From Eubacteriales bacterium (GTDB taxonomy: Bacteria > Bacillota > Clostridia > Oscillospirales > CAG-272): 64,000 nt of DNA. The notes beneath the pieces were generated by a model. The model was not told where the DNA came from, did no database searches, and saw nothing but the letters and a program-made list of their open reading frames with translations. The stretch is from the NCBI GenBank assembly GCA_045656445.1, contig JAZORD010000027.1:2452-66451 (forward strand), given 5' to 3'. The position numbers and the translations under genes are program-made. Positions 11,323 through 20,558 of the stretch are shown here, one piece after another. Within the stretch, counting starts at the first letter, position 1. Every line of letters starts with the position of its first letter.

Positions 11323-13221
11323 ATGAATGAGCTCAAAACCTCCGTTGCAGTAATAGGAGCAGGACACGCGGGTATTGAGGCGGCGCTCGCTTCGGCGAGA
11401 ATGGGCGTGCCGACTGTGCTTTTTACTATAAATCTTGATGCGGTGGGAAATATGCCGTGTAATCCCTCAGTCGGCGGAAGCGCGAAGGGGCACCTCGTTT
11501 TCGAGATAGACGCCCTTGGCGGCGAGATGGGATATGCCGCAGACCGTGCAACGCTTCAATCACGAACGCTAAATCTCGGCAAGGGCGCGGCGGTGCATTC
11601 CAAGCGCGTGCAGGCGGACAGAAGCGAATATAAAAGAATAATGAAAAAAACTCTTGAGGGAGAAAAAAATCTCAGGCTCGTTCAGGCGGAAATTGTAGAT
11701 ATTTTGACCGAGGAGCTTGATGGTGCGGCGTCTGTTACGGGAGTAGTTACCCATCTTGGAGAGATATGGCGCGCGGAGCGCGTCATAATTGCGACGGGAA
11801 CGTTTCTTGAAAGCGAGATTTTCGTCGGTGACAAGGTTTACTCCGCAGGACCTGACGGAATGATGCCGTCGCGTGGGCTTTCGGCGGCTATATCGCGTCT
11901 TGGAATAGAGCTTATGCGCTTCAAGACGGGAACTCCCGCGAGAGTCAGCAGGCGCTCGATTGATTTTTCGGCTCTTGAGGTTCAGGAGGGTGAAGATGTG
12001 GTAACCCCCTACTCATCAAGAAGCGAGGAGCGCAGCAGCGATGAGGTAAACCTCGTTCCCTGTCATATAGTTTATACAAACAAGGACACCCATAAGATAA
12101 TTCTCGATAATCTCACACGCTCCGCAATGTATTCCGGAAACATAAGCGGAGAGGGGCCAAGATACTGTCCTTCGATAGAAACCAAGCTCGTGCGCTTTGC
12201 GGACAAGGAGCGTCATCAGCTCTTTGTTGAGCCTTGCGGCATAGACACTGAGGAAATGTATATTCAAGGCTTTTCCACATCCTTGCCAACCGACGTTCAG
12301 TACGATATGCTGCGTTCGCTTCCCGGATTTGAAAATGCAGAGATAATGAGATACGCCTACGCTATTGAATACGACCTGGCAGAGCCGACACAGATGTATC
12401 CAACACTTGAATTTAAGTGCGTGCGCGGACTTTACGGAGCAGGACAGTTTAACGGAACATCGGGATATGAGGAGGCGGCGGCTCAGGGGCTTGTTGCCGG
12501 CATTAACGCGGCGCTTTCGGTAAAGGGGGAGGAGCCGATGGTGCTTCCACGCTCGTCCTCTTATATAGGAACTTTAATAGACGACCTTGTGACAAAGGGA
12601 ACCCGCGAGCCATACAGAGTGATGACCTCGCGCTCGGAATACAGACTGCTTTTGCGGCAGGACAATGCGGATTTGCGCCTCACCCACATCGGACGCAGGG
12701 TAGGTCTTATCAATGACGAAAGATACGCAAAATTCGAGGAAAAACGCCGTCTTATAAACGAGGAAATAAAGAGAATCGAGAAAACCGTAATTGCTCCGGG
12801 CGATGAGGTAAATTCCTTTCTTGAGGAATGCGGCTCTGCAAAAATAAGAACGGGAACGAGGCTATCCGAGCTTTTAAGACGACCTGAGCTTTCTTACGAT
12901 GCGCTTTTGAAAATTGACACGGGGCGACCCACGCTTCCGAGAAGCGTGCGTGTTACCGCAGAGATAAGCATAAAATACGAGGGATATATTAAAAGAGAGC
13001 TTCTTGAGGTCGAAAAGCAAAAGCGCCTTGAGGATAAAAAGCTTCCGAGCGATATTGACTACAAAAGCATACTTGGCTTGCGTCTTGAGGCGGTTGAGAA
13101 GCTAAATAAAATACGGCCTATGAATATAGGACAGGCGTCGAGGATCAGCGGCGTAAGCCCGGCTGACGTCGGAGTGCTTCTGATATATCTTTCGGGTGGC
13201 AAAAATCACGTTATGGCATAA
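11323..13221 (+). CDS. mnmG: tRNA uridine 5-carboxymethylaminomethyl modification enzyme MnmG (GidA)
   Basis: FAD-binding site VIGAGHAGIEAA, GPRYCPSIE, 632 aa. Confidence 0.95.
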   Translation: MNELKTSVAVIGAGHAGIEAALASARMGVPTVLFTINLDAVGNMPCNPSVGGSAKGHLVFEIDALGGEMGYAADRATLQSRTLNLGKGAAVHSKRVQADRSEYKRIMKKTLEGEKNLRLVQAEIVDILTEELDGAASVTGVVTHLGEIWRAERVIIATGTFLESEIFVGDKVYSAGPDGMMPSRGLSAAISRLGIELMRFKTGTPARVSRRSIDFSALEVQEGEDVVTPYSSRSEERSSDEVNLVPCHIVYTNKDTHKIILDNLTRSAMYSGNISGEGPRYCPSIETKLVRFADKERHQLFVEPCGIDTEEMYIQGFSTSLPTDVQYDMLRSLPGFENAEIMRYAYAIEYDLAEPTQMYPTLEFKCVRGLYGAGQFNGTSGYEEAAAQGLVAGINAALSVKGEEPMVLPRSSSYIGTLIDDLVTKGTREPYRVMTSRSEYRLLLRQDNADLRLTHIGRRVGLINDERYAKFEEKRRLINEEIKRIEKTVIAPGDEVNSFLEECGSAKIRTGTRLSELLRRPELSYDALLKIDTGRPTLPRSVRVTAEISIKYEGYIKRELLEVEKQKRLEDKKLPSDIDYKSILGLRLEAVEKLNKIRPMNIGQASRISGVSPADVGVLLIYLSGGKNHVMA

Positions 13222-13264
13222 TATGATAACGAGCGGAATGTGCCGCCTAAAAAGGAAACATAAT

Positions 13265-13345
13265 ATGAAAATCATAGTTATACATCCGCCGAAATTTCTC
13301 TCGCCGATTCTGGCGAGGATTTTCAAGGTTAAAGTTAAAAAATAA
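13265..13345 (+). CDS. spoVM: Stage V sporulation protein M (26-aa amphipathic peptide)
   Basis: My own translation gives MKIIVIHPPKFLSPILARIFKVKVKK. It has the same length and the same PKFL core as B. subtilis SpoVM (MKFYTIKLPKFLGGIVRAMLGSFRKD, recalled from memory). An AAAGGA RBS lies 9 nt upstream and a strong terminator follows directly. The ORF is below the ORF-track size cutoff. Confidence 0.7.
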   Translation: MKIIVIHPPKFLSPILARIFKVKVKK

Positions 13346-13350
13346 AAAAA

Positions 13351-13386
13351 GGGCTGAGTTTCAAAAAACTCAGCCCGGATTTTTTA
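13351..13386. terminator. Bidirectional rho-independent terminator
   Basis: GGGCTGAGTT (13351..13360) pairs with AACTCAGCCC (13367..13376). An A-run precedes it and GGATTTTTT follows. Confidence 0.75.
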
Positions 13387-13395
13387 CCCGAAAAT

Positions 13396-14187
13396 TCATT
13401 TGAACGGATTTACGATATTTAAGCTGTTTAAAACCCTGAGATTATATTTGTCGGCAAAGCGCAGGGCCTCGGCTATTTCACCCTTTCCTCCGACTCTTTC
13501 GGGCTCGTGCGCATCTGCACCGAACACTACGTCGGGAGAGAGCTTAGAGGCAACCTCCCAGAAAAGCGGGGCGGGGTAATGCCTCTTCGCACGCAAGCCG
13601 AGAAAGTTCACCTCAAGAGGAATGTTAAGAGCCTTGGCTGCGGTTATAAGACGCTCTGCCTCCTGCCTGTAAAAATCGGTGTCTCCGACAAAATTTACAA
13701 TGTCGGGGTGAGCGAGATATGTAAACGCCCCGGTGCGAAGTCCGGAGATGACGGTGTCAACATATCTTGTCAATATTGCGTTATCGTCCGTTTCGGCAAT
13801 GCAGTGCGCCTTTCCTTCGCCAGCGATGTTGAACTCTTCTTTGGCAAAGTGCTGACCAAGCAGAAGATATTCGGGTGAGTTTGCACTTTTCCAAAATTCA
13901 AAGGTCTTTTCCCAGAGGGCAGGATAGTATTCCGCCTCGTATCCTATGTGAATTTCTATTTTGTCACCGTATTTATCGCGAAGGCGGCGAAGCGATGAAA
14001 AATATTCCGGCGCCTCCTCCGGCGTCATTTTATAGTAGGACACGTATCCATCGGGATAAATATATGGCGCGTGGTCAGAAAAGCCGAGGGTTTTTATACC
14101 ATCGGCTATTGCTCTTTTTATATATTCCTCGTCCGCTCCGGTTGCGTGATGGCAACGGCTCGTATGCGTGTGGTAGTTGAATACCAT
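13396..14187 (-). CDS. PHP-domain histidinol-phosphatase (HisJ family)
   Basis: N-terminal YHTHTSRCHHA and GFSDHAP, 263 aa. Confidence 0.75.
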   Translation of the reverse strand: MVFNYHTHTSRCHHATGADEEYIKRAIADGIKTLGFSDHAPYIYPDGYVSYYKMTPEEAPEYFSSLRRLRDKYGDKIEIHIGYEAEYYPALWEKTFEFWKSANSPEYLLLGQHFAKEEFNIAGEGKAHCIAETDDNAILTRYVDTVISGLRTGAFTYLAHPDIVNFVGDTDFYRQEAERLITAAKALNIPLEVNFLGLRAKRHYPAPLFWEVASKLSPDVVFGADAHEPERVGGKGEIAEALRFADKYNLRVLNSLNIVNPFK

Positions 14188-14198
14188 TATGACTTCTC

Positions 14199-14630
14199 CT
14201 ATTTTTTCAAAAGGAAATAAACTATTATGGCTATGATAACGGCTGCGACCGCAGCACCTGCCGTAACGTATCTTTTTATCCTTCTTCTGCGGGCATATCT
14301 GCGCGCTTTTTTGAGATATGAAGAAATGGGGTCGCGGCGCTTGATTATATCCTTATCAAATTTGCGAATCCAAGAAATATCGGACTTTGTGACCTCGCTC
14401 ATTTTGCGAAGTGAGCCGATTTCGTGCGCCATTTTATTTCTTAGATTTCTGTATTTAACAAGTCTTGGGAGCGCTTCCTCGCGCCCCGGGGCAAATTTTG
14501 CGTTATTTAAACGGTTTATATATTCGGTTACGCCGCCTGTGGCAGTACCGAATTTTTCACAGCAATCCTTATCCAGCTCAATATAGCTCGCAAGAAAACG
14601 CTCGTTAAGTCTTTTTCCCATTTGGCTCAC
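14199..14630 (-). CDS. Hypothetical tail-anchored protein with an RNxxxH (HEPN-like) motif
   Basis: Helical soluble domain containing YRNLRNKMAHE, then a basic stretch RRYARRRRIKR, then one C-terminal TM helix (VTAGAAVAAVIIAIIVYFLL). Confidence 0.5.
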   Translation of the reverse strand: MSQMGKRLNERFLASYIELDKDCCEKFGTATGGVTEYINRLNNAKFAPGREEALPRLVKYRNLRNKMAHEIGSLRKMSEVTKSDISWIRKFDKDIIKRRDPISSYLKKARRYARRRRIKRYVTAGAAVAAVIIAIIVYFLLKK

Positions 14631-14655
14631 CGCCTTTCTAACATATTACCTTTAC

Positions 14656-14684
14656 ATTGTACTACATTTCGGTGGTTTTTGCAA
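14656..14684 (-). promoter_or_regulatory. Sigma-A-type promoter for the 143-aa gene
   Basis: On the minus strand: TTGCAA (14684..14679), 17-nt spacer, TACAAT (14661..14656). Confidence 0.4.
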
Positions 14685-14700
14685 TACTTATTTTGAAAAA

Positions 14701-16131
14701 TTAACTTTTGTGGCTGCCAGGCTCGTCATTTTTCCTAAAATCCCGCTTTTTTGAACGGACGAGCAGTCTGCCTATTGCCCTTGGGTCAAACGGAATCAGG
14801 GGGTATAGATAGTGTCTTCCCGAAACCGTGTGGTTTGTGGAAACGAATACGCAAAAGAGAATTAATCCCAAGGCAAAGCCAAAGATGCCGAAAAGGTAAA
14901 CCAGCGCGAGTATCATCATACGCATAAACTTGAAGGCGTAGCCAAGCTCGTGATTTTGCTGGGCAAAATTCGCTATTGCCACAAATGCCATATACAGTAT
15001 AACGTCAGGCGAAAGCCAGCCAACCTCTACGGCAAAGTCGCCGAGAATCAGCGCGCCCACGATGGATAGGGAGTTTGAGAGCATATCGGGGGTGTTCATC
15101 GAGGCTATTTTTAAGCCGTCAATGGCAAATTCTACGAGAAAAAGCTGCAGGATTATCGGAAGTGCGCCCGGGTCGTCCGGAACTAAAAAGAGGAGTGCAT
15201 CGGGGAGCAGTTGAGAGTATTCAAGATAAAGATACCAGAGGGGCGTTATCACTACCGAAATCAAGAGAATTAGCGTTCTTATAATACGCAGATACGTACC
15301 CGTAAGTGGCGGAAAATAATAATCGTCGGTTTGCTCCATATAATGAAAAATGGATGTCGGCAGTATCATAACCTGCGGGGAGTTATCGCAGATGACGAGA
15401 ACGCTCCCTTCAAGAAGCTGCGCGGCAGCGGTGTCCGGTCGCTCGGTGGTTCTTATTTTTGGAAATGGGTTGAACCAGCCGCGGCGAATAAGTGACTCGG
15501 CAAGGCTTTGAAATCCGAGAGTTAGAGAACCGGGCTTTGCTTCCTTTAGCTTTTTGCCTATTCTCTCTACGAGTCCGGGGTCGGCGACACCGTTCATATA
15601 GCAAACGACCACGTCGGTTTTTGACGAGCCGCCCATATCGTAATGCTTCATAGTAAGGCGTTCGTCGCGTATTCTGCGGCGTATAAGCGCGGTGTTTGTG
15701 ACGAGCGTTTCAACAAAGCCGTCGTGCGAGCCCTGCATAACTCTGTCACTATCCGGCTCTTGGGTGCTTCTGGCGGGGTAGGTTCGAGCGTCAACGAGTA
15801 TTGCAAAATCTTCAAAGCTCTCGGCTAAAATTGCTGCCTGCCCCGATAAAACCGCGCGTATGACGGTGTCCTCATCCTGTGTAATTTCAACCTCGATATA
15901 GGGAAGCGTGTGTAGAAGGTCATTCGCCGTGCCAAGCTCCTTTTGAGAGAGCAAAAACTGCATTATCCTCTGCATTTCTCCGTCCTTGACAAATCCGTCA
16001 ACGAAGAAAAGAGATACGGCGCGCTTTGCAACGGTAAGCCGTCGCTCAATGAGGTCAAAGCTTTCGTTTACACGAAGGCTTTCGCGGATACGAGCTGCAT
16101 TTTCTCTGTAGTTTCCTGAAAGAAGACTCAT
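14701..16131 (-). CDS. Spore germination protein, GerA family A-subunit / SpoVAF-like
   Basis: 476 aa with a soluble N-terminal domain plus a C-terminal 4-5 TM region, which is typical GerAA/SpoVAF architecture and sequence style. No adjacent GerAB or GerAC genes. Confidence 0.75.
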   Translation of the reverse strand: MSLLSGNYRENAARIRESLRVNESFDLIERRLTVAKRAVSLFFVDGFVKDGEMQRIMQFLLSQKELGTANDLLHTLPYIEVEITQDEDTVIRAVLSGQAAILAESFEDFAILVDARTYPARSTQEPDSDRVMQGSHDGFVETLVTNTALIRRRIRDERLTMKHYDMGGSSKTDVVVCYMNGVADPGLVERIGKKLKEAKPGSLTLGFQSLAESLIRRGWFNPFPKIRTTERPDTAAAQLLEGSVLVICDNSPQVMILPTSIFHYMEQTDDYYFPPLTGTYLRIIRTLILLISVVITPLWYLYLEYSQLLPDALLFLVPDDPGALPIILQLFLVEFAIDGLKIASMNTPDMLSNSLSIVGALILGDFAVEVGWLSPDVILYMAFVAIANFAQQNHELGYAFKFMRMMILALVYLFGIFGFALGLILFCVFVSTNHTVSGRHYLYPLIPFDPRAIGRLLVRSKKRDFRKNDEPGSHKS

Positions 16132-16259
16132 TTATCACTCCGTGGTTTTCTGATTTTATGATATATTTTCCATCAGATGTCATTTTATACCTGAAATGTT
16201 GACTTTGATTTTGCAGTGTGATAAAATTGAGCTATGAAAAAATAAGAGGAGCTTTTTTA

Positions 16260-16994
16260 GTGAAGACGGAAAGAGTTGTAAACGGCATAAGGATTTTCAA
16301 TTACGATATCACCGATTCCACAAATCAGCGTGCCAAGGAATATGTAAGAGAAGAAAGTTCTCGCGCGCCCGCGGTATTCACAGCGGAGGAGCAGAGCGCC
16401 GGCAGAGGAAGGCGTGGCAGAAGCTTTGATTCGGCAAAGGGCGCGGGACTTTACATAAGCTTTCTTTTTCGTGTTAATGAGGATTTTGATGCAGCTAAAA
16501 TTACCGTAGGAGCTGCGGTAAAGACTTGTCGGGTTATTGAGAGTGTTTCAGGCGTGGACGCGGGGATAAAATGGGTGAACGATATTTTCGTATCCGGAAG
16601 GAAGCTCGCGGGCATTTTAACCGAGGGCGAGATGGGCGACGCGGGATACGTTATTTGCGGAATAGGGATAAATCTTTACGAAAGAGAGTTTCCCGATGAG
16701 CTTTCAGAAGTCGTGACGACGCTTGAGCGCGAATGCGGCAAGCGTGTAGACAAAGAGCTTCTTACTGCAAGGCTGATTGATGAGTTTTTTAAGCCTGAGG
16801 ATGCGGAGGAGTTGCTTTCGGAATACCGCAGACGCTCGGTGATTTTGGGGCGTCGGGTAGAGGTAAGAAAAATTCTCGGAGAGGTATATCCCGCCACCGT
16901 TATAGAAATTGCTGACGACGGGGCGCTTATGGTAGAGCGTGACGGTGGGGTCCGAGAGAGGCTTATAAGCGCGGAGGTCAGCATAAAAGCCTGA
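16260..16994 (+). CDS. birA: Biotin--[acetyl-CoA-carboxylase] ligase (class I, no HTH)
   Basis: GRGRRGRSF biotin-binding loop and a KWVNDI motif. I prefer the GTG at 16260 (AAGAGGAG RBS 8 nt upstream). The ORF track starts at the GTG at 16218. Confidence 0.85.
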   Translation: MKTERVVNGIRIFNYDITDSTNQRAKEYVREESSRAPAVFTAEEQSAGRGRRGRSFDSAKGAGLYISFLFRVNEDFDAAKITVGAAVKTCRVIESVSGVDAGIKWVNDIFVSGRKLAGILTEGEMGDAGYVICGIGINLYEREFPDELSEVVTTLERECGKRVDKELLTARLIDEFFKPEDAEELLSEYRRRSVILGRRVEVRKILGEVYPATVIEIADDGALMVERDGGVRERLISAEVSIKA

Positions 16995-17101
16995 AATGCC
17001 CCCGAAACAGCAGTCTAGAAAAAACAACAAAAACAAGACGGACGCACTCAACTTGAGCGCGTCCGTTATTATATAGCTTTGTTATCTTAACCCGTATAGG
17101 T

Positions 17102-17704
17102 TTAGCCGGCGGTGTCTTCTTCGACCTCAAGATAAGGAATGTTAATACGGGGATTTATTTCCTCATAAAAGGCGGCGGTTGCAGCCTGAACATAGGGAAC
17201 TACCCAGAAAAGAAGGATACCTAAAGTAAGGGCAGAAAGAAGGTACCAGCCTATAAAGCTAAGCTGAAGGCAGAAAAGGCGCATTTTGTTGCCGTCCATC
17301 ATCATTATTGATTCGCGTCTTGCGTCCTCGCCGGACATTTCGGGGTTTTCCGCCATTACGTAATAGCTCATGCTGTATGAGAGCGACTTGATGATTCCCG
17401 GAACGACGAAAAGAAGCGACCAAAGAGCGATGAAAACGGTGTTCACAAGACCGAGCAAAAAGGTGTTGACGAAATTATAAAAGCCGTCAAAAATGTTTTT
17501 CAGCTCAAAGGGTTCTCTGCGAATTACTTTAAGAGAAATAATAGCAAACGCCACGCCGAACGGTCCTGCCACAAAGATAGCGCCGACTCCCGTAAATGAA
17601 AGTCCCCCGATGACGAGAGCGTAAACAAGGGTTATGAGGGCAAGGGAGTTCCACCTGCCTCTTATCGCATCTAATGCGCGGCTTTTGATTTGTTGTGAGT
17701 TCAT
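17102..17704 (-). CDS. DUF975-family integral membrane protein
   Basis: 200 aa with multiple TM helices. The N-terminal pattern (ALDAIRGRWN) is typical of DUF975. Confidence 0.6.
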   Translation of the reverse strand: MNSQQIKSRALDAIRGRWNSLALITLVYALVIGGLSFTGVGAIFVAGPFGVAFAIISLKVIRREPFELKNIFDGFYNFVNTFLLGLVNTVFIALWSLLFVVPGIIKSLSYSMSYYVMAENPEMSGEDARRESIMMMDGNKMRLFCLQLSFIGWYLLSALTLGILLFWVVPYVQAATAAFYEEINPRINIPYLEVEEDTAG

Positions 17705-17791
17705 AAAAATTCCTTTAGGTTTTATATAAACATCATATCATTGTGGAAACCTTTTGTCAATGTATTTCCAAATCTCTTTGTAAAAAAATAG

Positions 17792-17821
17792 TTGACGAAA
17801 TAGGGCGTTTTGTGCTATAAT
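17792..17821 (+). promoter_or_regulatory. Sigma-A-type promoter with extended -10
   Basis: TTGACG (17792..17797), 18-nt spacer ending in TGc, TATAAT (17816..17821). Confidence 0.5.
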
Positions 17822-17898
17822 GACAGCGTGTGAGTTTCTTTTTTATGAATTTGATTGAAAAATTTAGGGCTTTTGCCCGCGGCTATGCGGTATAATTT

Positions 17899-19119
17899 AT
17901 GGATAAAAAGAAAAACAACAATAAAAAGTGGATAAGATTTCGCCATGCTATAGTAAGAAACATACTGTACGGAACACTGGGTGTTTATTCACGTCTCAAG
18001 TACAATATAAAAATTGAGCGTTTTAAGGAGCAACAAAAGCGTCCCTATCTCGTTTTATTTAATCACCAGACGGCATTTGACCAGTTCTTTGTGGGAATGT
18101 CGTTCCGCGGACCTGTTTATTATATGGCGTCCGAGGACCTTTTCTCAAACGGATTCACCTCGTCGCTCATAAGATATCTCGTTGCTCCGATTCCGATTAA
18201 AAAGCAAACGGCAGACGTAAGAGCAATAATGAACTGTATGAAGGTGGCAAAGGAGGGCGGAACTATAGCTATCGCTCCCGAGGGAAACAGAACCTTCAGC
18301 GGAAAGACGGAATATATGAACCCGTCAATTGCACCGCTTGCCAAAAAACTCGGTATGCCCATAGCCCTTTATCGTATTGAGGGCGGTTACGGCGTGCATC
18401 CAAGGTGGAGTGACGTCGTGCGGCGAGGCAAAATGCGCGGCTACGTTGCCGAGGTTATTTATCCCGAGGAATACGAAAATCTCACCTACGGCGAGCTTAT
18501 GGAAAGAATACAAAAGGGACTTTACGTGAATGAGGCTGTGACGGATGCGGAATTTTCTCATCCAAGGCTTGCTGAATATCTTGAGCGTGCTATATACTAT
18601 TGTCCTTATTGCGGTCTTTCCGAGTTTGAAAGCCGTGGGGCTTTGATAAGGTGCAAAAAATGCGGCCGAGAGGTAAGATATACTCCTAAAAAGGAACTTG
18701 TCGGTGAGGGCTTTGATTTTCCGTATCGCTTTGTTCTGGAATGGTATAACGCTCAGTCCGATTTTACTAATTCACTTGATGTAAACGAATATATTCACGA
18801 GCCTTTATTTGAGGACTGCGTCGATTTTTACGAGGTAATTCCTTATAAAAACAAGCGGATTATATCAGAAGGCGTCAAGATGAGCCTTTACGGAAACCGA
18901 ATTTTTATAAGGGGAGAAAACGAGGATGAGCTGTTTTCCTTTGACGAGGTTTCCGCGGTCACGGTGCTTGGTAAAAACAAGCTAGATATTTATCTTGGAA
19001 AGAAGATATATCAGATAAAGGGAAATAAGCGCTTTAACGCGCTGAAATACGTACATATATACAACAGATATAAGAATGTTGTGCGAGGTGATGAAAATGT
19101 CAAATTTTTGGGATTATAG
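17899..19119 (+). CDS. Lysophospholipid/glycerol-phosphate acyltransferase family protein (PlsC-like) with an internal zinc ribbon
   Basis: HX4D motif (NHQTAFD), APEGNRT block, and CPYCG...CKKCG cysteine pairs. Confidence 0.7.
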   Translation: MDKKKNNNKKWIRFRHAIVRNILYGTLGVYSRLKYNIKIERFKEQQKRPYLVLFNHQTAFDQFFVGMSFRGPVYYMASEDLFSNGFTSSLIRYLVAPIPIKKQTADVRAIMNCMKVAKEGGTIAIAPEGNRTFSGKTEYMNPSIAPLAKKLGMPIALYRIEGGYGVHPRWSDVVRRGKMRGYVAEVIYPEEYENLTYGELMERIQKGLYVNEAVTDAEFSHPRLAEYLERAIYYCPYCGLSEFESRGALIRCKKCGREVRYTPKKELVGEGFDFPYRFVLEWYNAQSDFTNSLDVNEYIHEPLFEDCVDFYEVIPYKNKRIISEGVKMSLYGNRIFIRGENEDELFSFDEVSAVTVLGKNKLDIYLGKKIYQIKGNKRFNALKYVHIYNRYKNVVRGDENVKFLGL

Positions 19120-20500
19120 CGTATGGGGCTGGATAATTCTTTTCTCGGTGCTGCTCGGAAGCCTGCTTCTTGGCAACGTCATTAAAAAAAGCATTCCTTT
19201 TTTGCAAAACTCCCTAATACCGACCTCCGTGCTTGGCGGTATAATAATATTGATATTTGAAGCAATATGCAAGGCGATAACGGGTGTGGACGTTTTCGAG
19301 TCGGATATTTTCGGCGGAAACGGAATCGCAAACCTTGAGATAATAACATATCATACCTTAGCTCTTGGATTTATTGCATCGTCCTTTAAAACGACGGGCA
19401 GCAAGCTCACCAAAAAGCGCGCGGGTGAAATTTTTGACACGGGCGTCACTACGGTGTCTACATATCTGATACAGGCGATTTTCGGCCTTGGTATCACTAT
19501 GATAGCTGCTCTCATAATTAAGGATTTCTTCGCCGCGGCGGGCGTGCTTTTGCCTTTTGGATACGGTCAGGGCTCGGGGCAGGCAATGAACTACGGAATG
19601 ATTTACGAGAATGATTTCGGATTTGCGGGCGGTAAGAGCTTCGGTCTTACAATTGCCGCACTCGGATTCCTCTCTGCAAGTATTGGCGGAGTTATACATC
19701 TTAACGTAATGAAAAGGAGCGGTAAGCTCGTTTTGTCAAACAGGACAGACGGCAGCCTTCATACAGAGGAAAACATAAGCCCCGCAAACGAGATACCGAT
19801 GCAGGAGAGCGTAGATAAGCTTACGGTGCAGATGGCACTTATAATGATGGCGTACGTTGCGGCTTACCTTATGATGTGGGGGCTTGGCGAGCTTTTGCCC
19901 GGTATGAAATCCGTGGTTTACGGTTTTAACTTTTTGCTTGGTGTTCTGAGCGCAACCTTGATAAAGGTATCAATGAATTTCTTGCGCAGAAAGAAAATCA
20001 TAAAGAAAAAGTATACCAACAATTTCCTTATGACCCGCGTAAGCAATTTCTTTTTCGATATAATGGTCGTTGCGGGTGTTGCGGCTATTAAGCTTGATAT
20101 ACTTGAGAATTATTGGGGAATAATCCTTATCATTGGCGTTGTCGGAGCTGTTATCACCTATGTTTATAACAGAATCATTGCCAAAACCTTGTTTAGAGAT
20201 TATTATGAGGAGCAGTTCCTTGCTATGTACGGAATGCTTACAGGAACGGCGAGCACCGGCATAATTCTTCTTCGCGAGGTGGACGGAGATTTCAGAACTC
20301 CCGCGTCGGACAACCTCGTTTATCAGAATTTCCCCGCGATAGTTTTCGGATTCCCGATGATGCTTCTTGCAACGCTTGCGCCGGTGCGTCCCGTGCTCTC
20401 GCTGATAATATTTATCCTCTTTTTTGCCGTGATGAACGTTATACTTTTCAGGCGTCAGATATTCGGAAAATTTTTGAAGAAAAAAGAAAAACAGGATTAA
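19097..20500 (+). CDS. Sodium/glutamate symporter-like permease (GltS/ESS family)
   Basis: About 12 TM helices. The N-terminus resembles GltS (LLGNVIKKSIPFLQNSLIPTSVLGG). ATG at 19097 with a GAGGTG RBS. It overlaps the upstream gene by 23 nt. Confidence 0.55.
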   Translation: MSNFWDYSVWGWIILFSVLLGSLLLGNVIKKSIPFLQNSLIPTSVLGGIIILIFEAICKAITGVDVFESDIFGGNGIANLEIITYHTLALGFIASSFKTTGSKLTKKRAGEIFDTGVTTVSTYLIQAIFGLGITMIAALIIKDFFAAAGVLLPFGYGQGSGQAMNYGMIYENDFGFAGGKSFGLTIAALGFLSASIGGVIHLNVMKRSGKLVLSNRTDGSLHTEENISPANEIPMQESVDKLTVQMALIMMAYVAAYLMMWGLGELLPGMKSVVYGFNFLLGVLSATLIKVSMNFLRRKKIIKKKYTNNFLMTRVSNFFFDIMVVAGVAAIKLDILENYWGIILIIGVVGAVITYVYNRIIAKTLFRDYYEEQFLAMYGMLTGTASTGIILLREVDGDFRTPASDNLVYQNFPAIVFGFPMMLLATLAPVRPVLSLIIFILFFAVMNVILFRRQIFGKFLKKKEKQD

Positions 20501-20558
20501 ACAAAAACGCGCTAAGCAAGCCATAATGGCTACCTGCTTACCGCGTTTTTATTTAATT

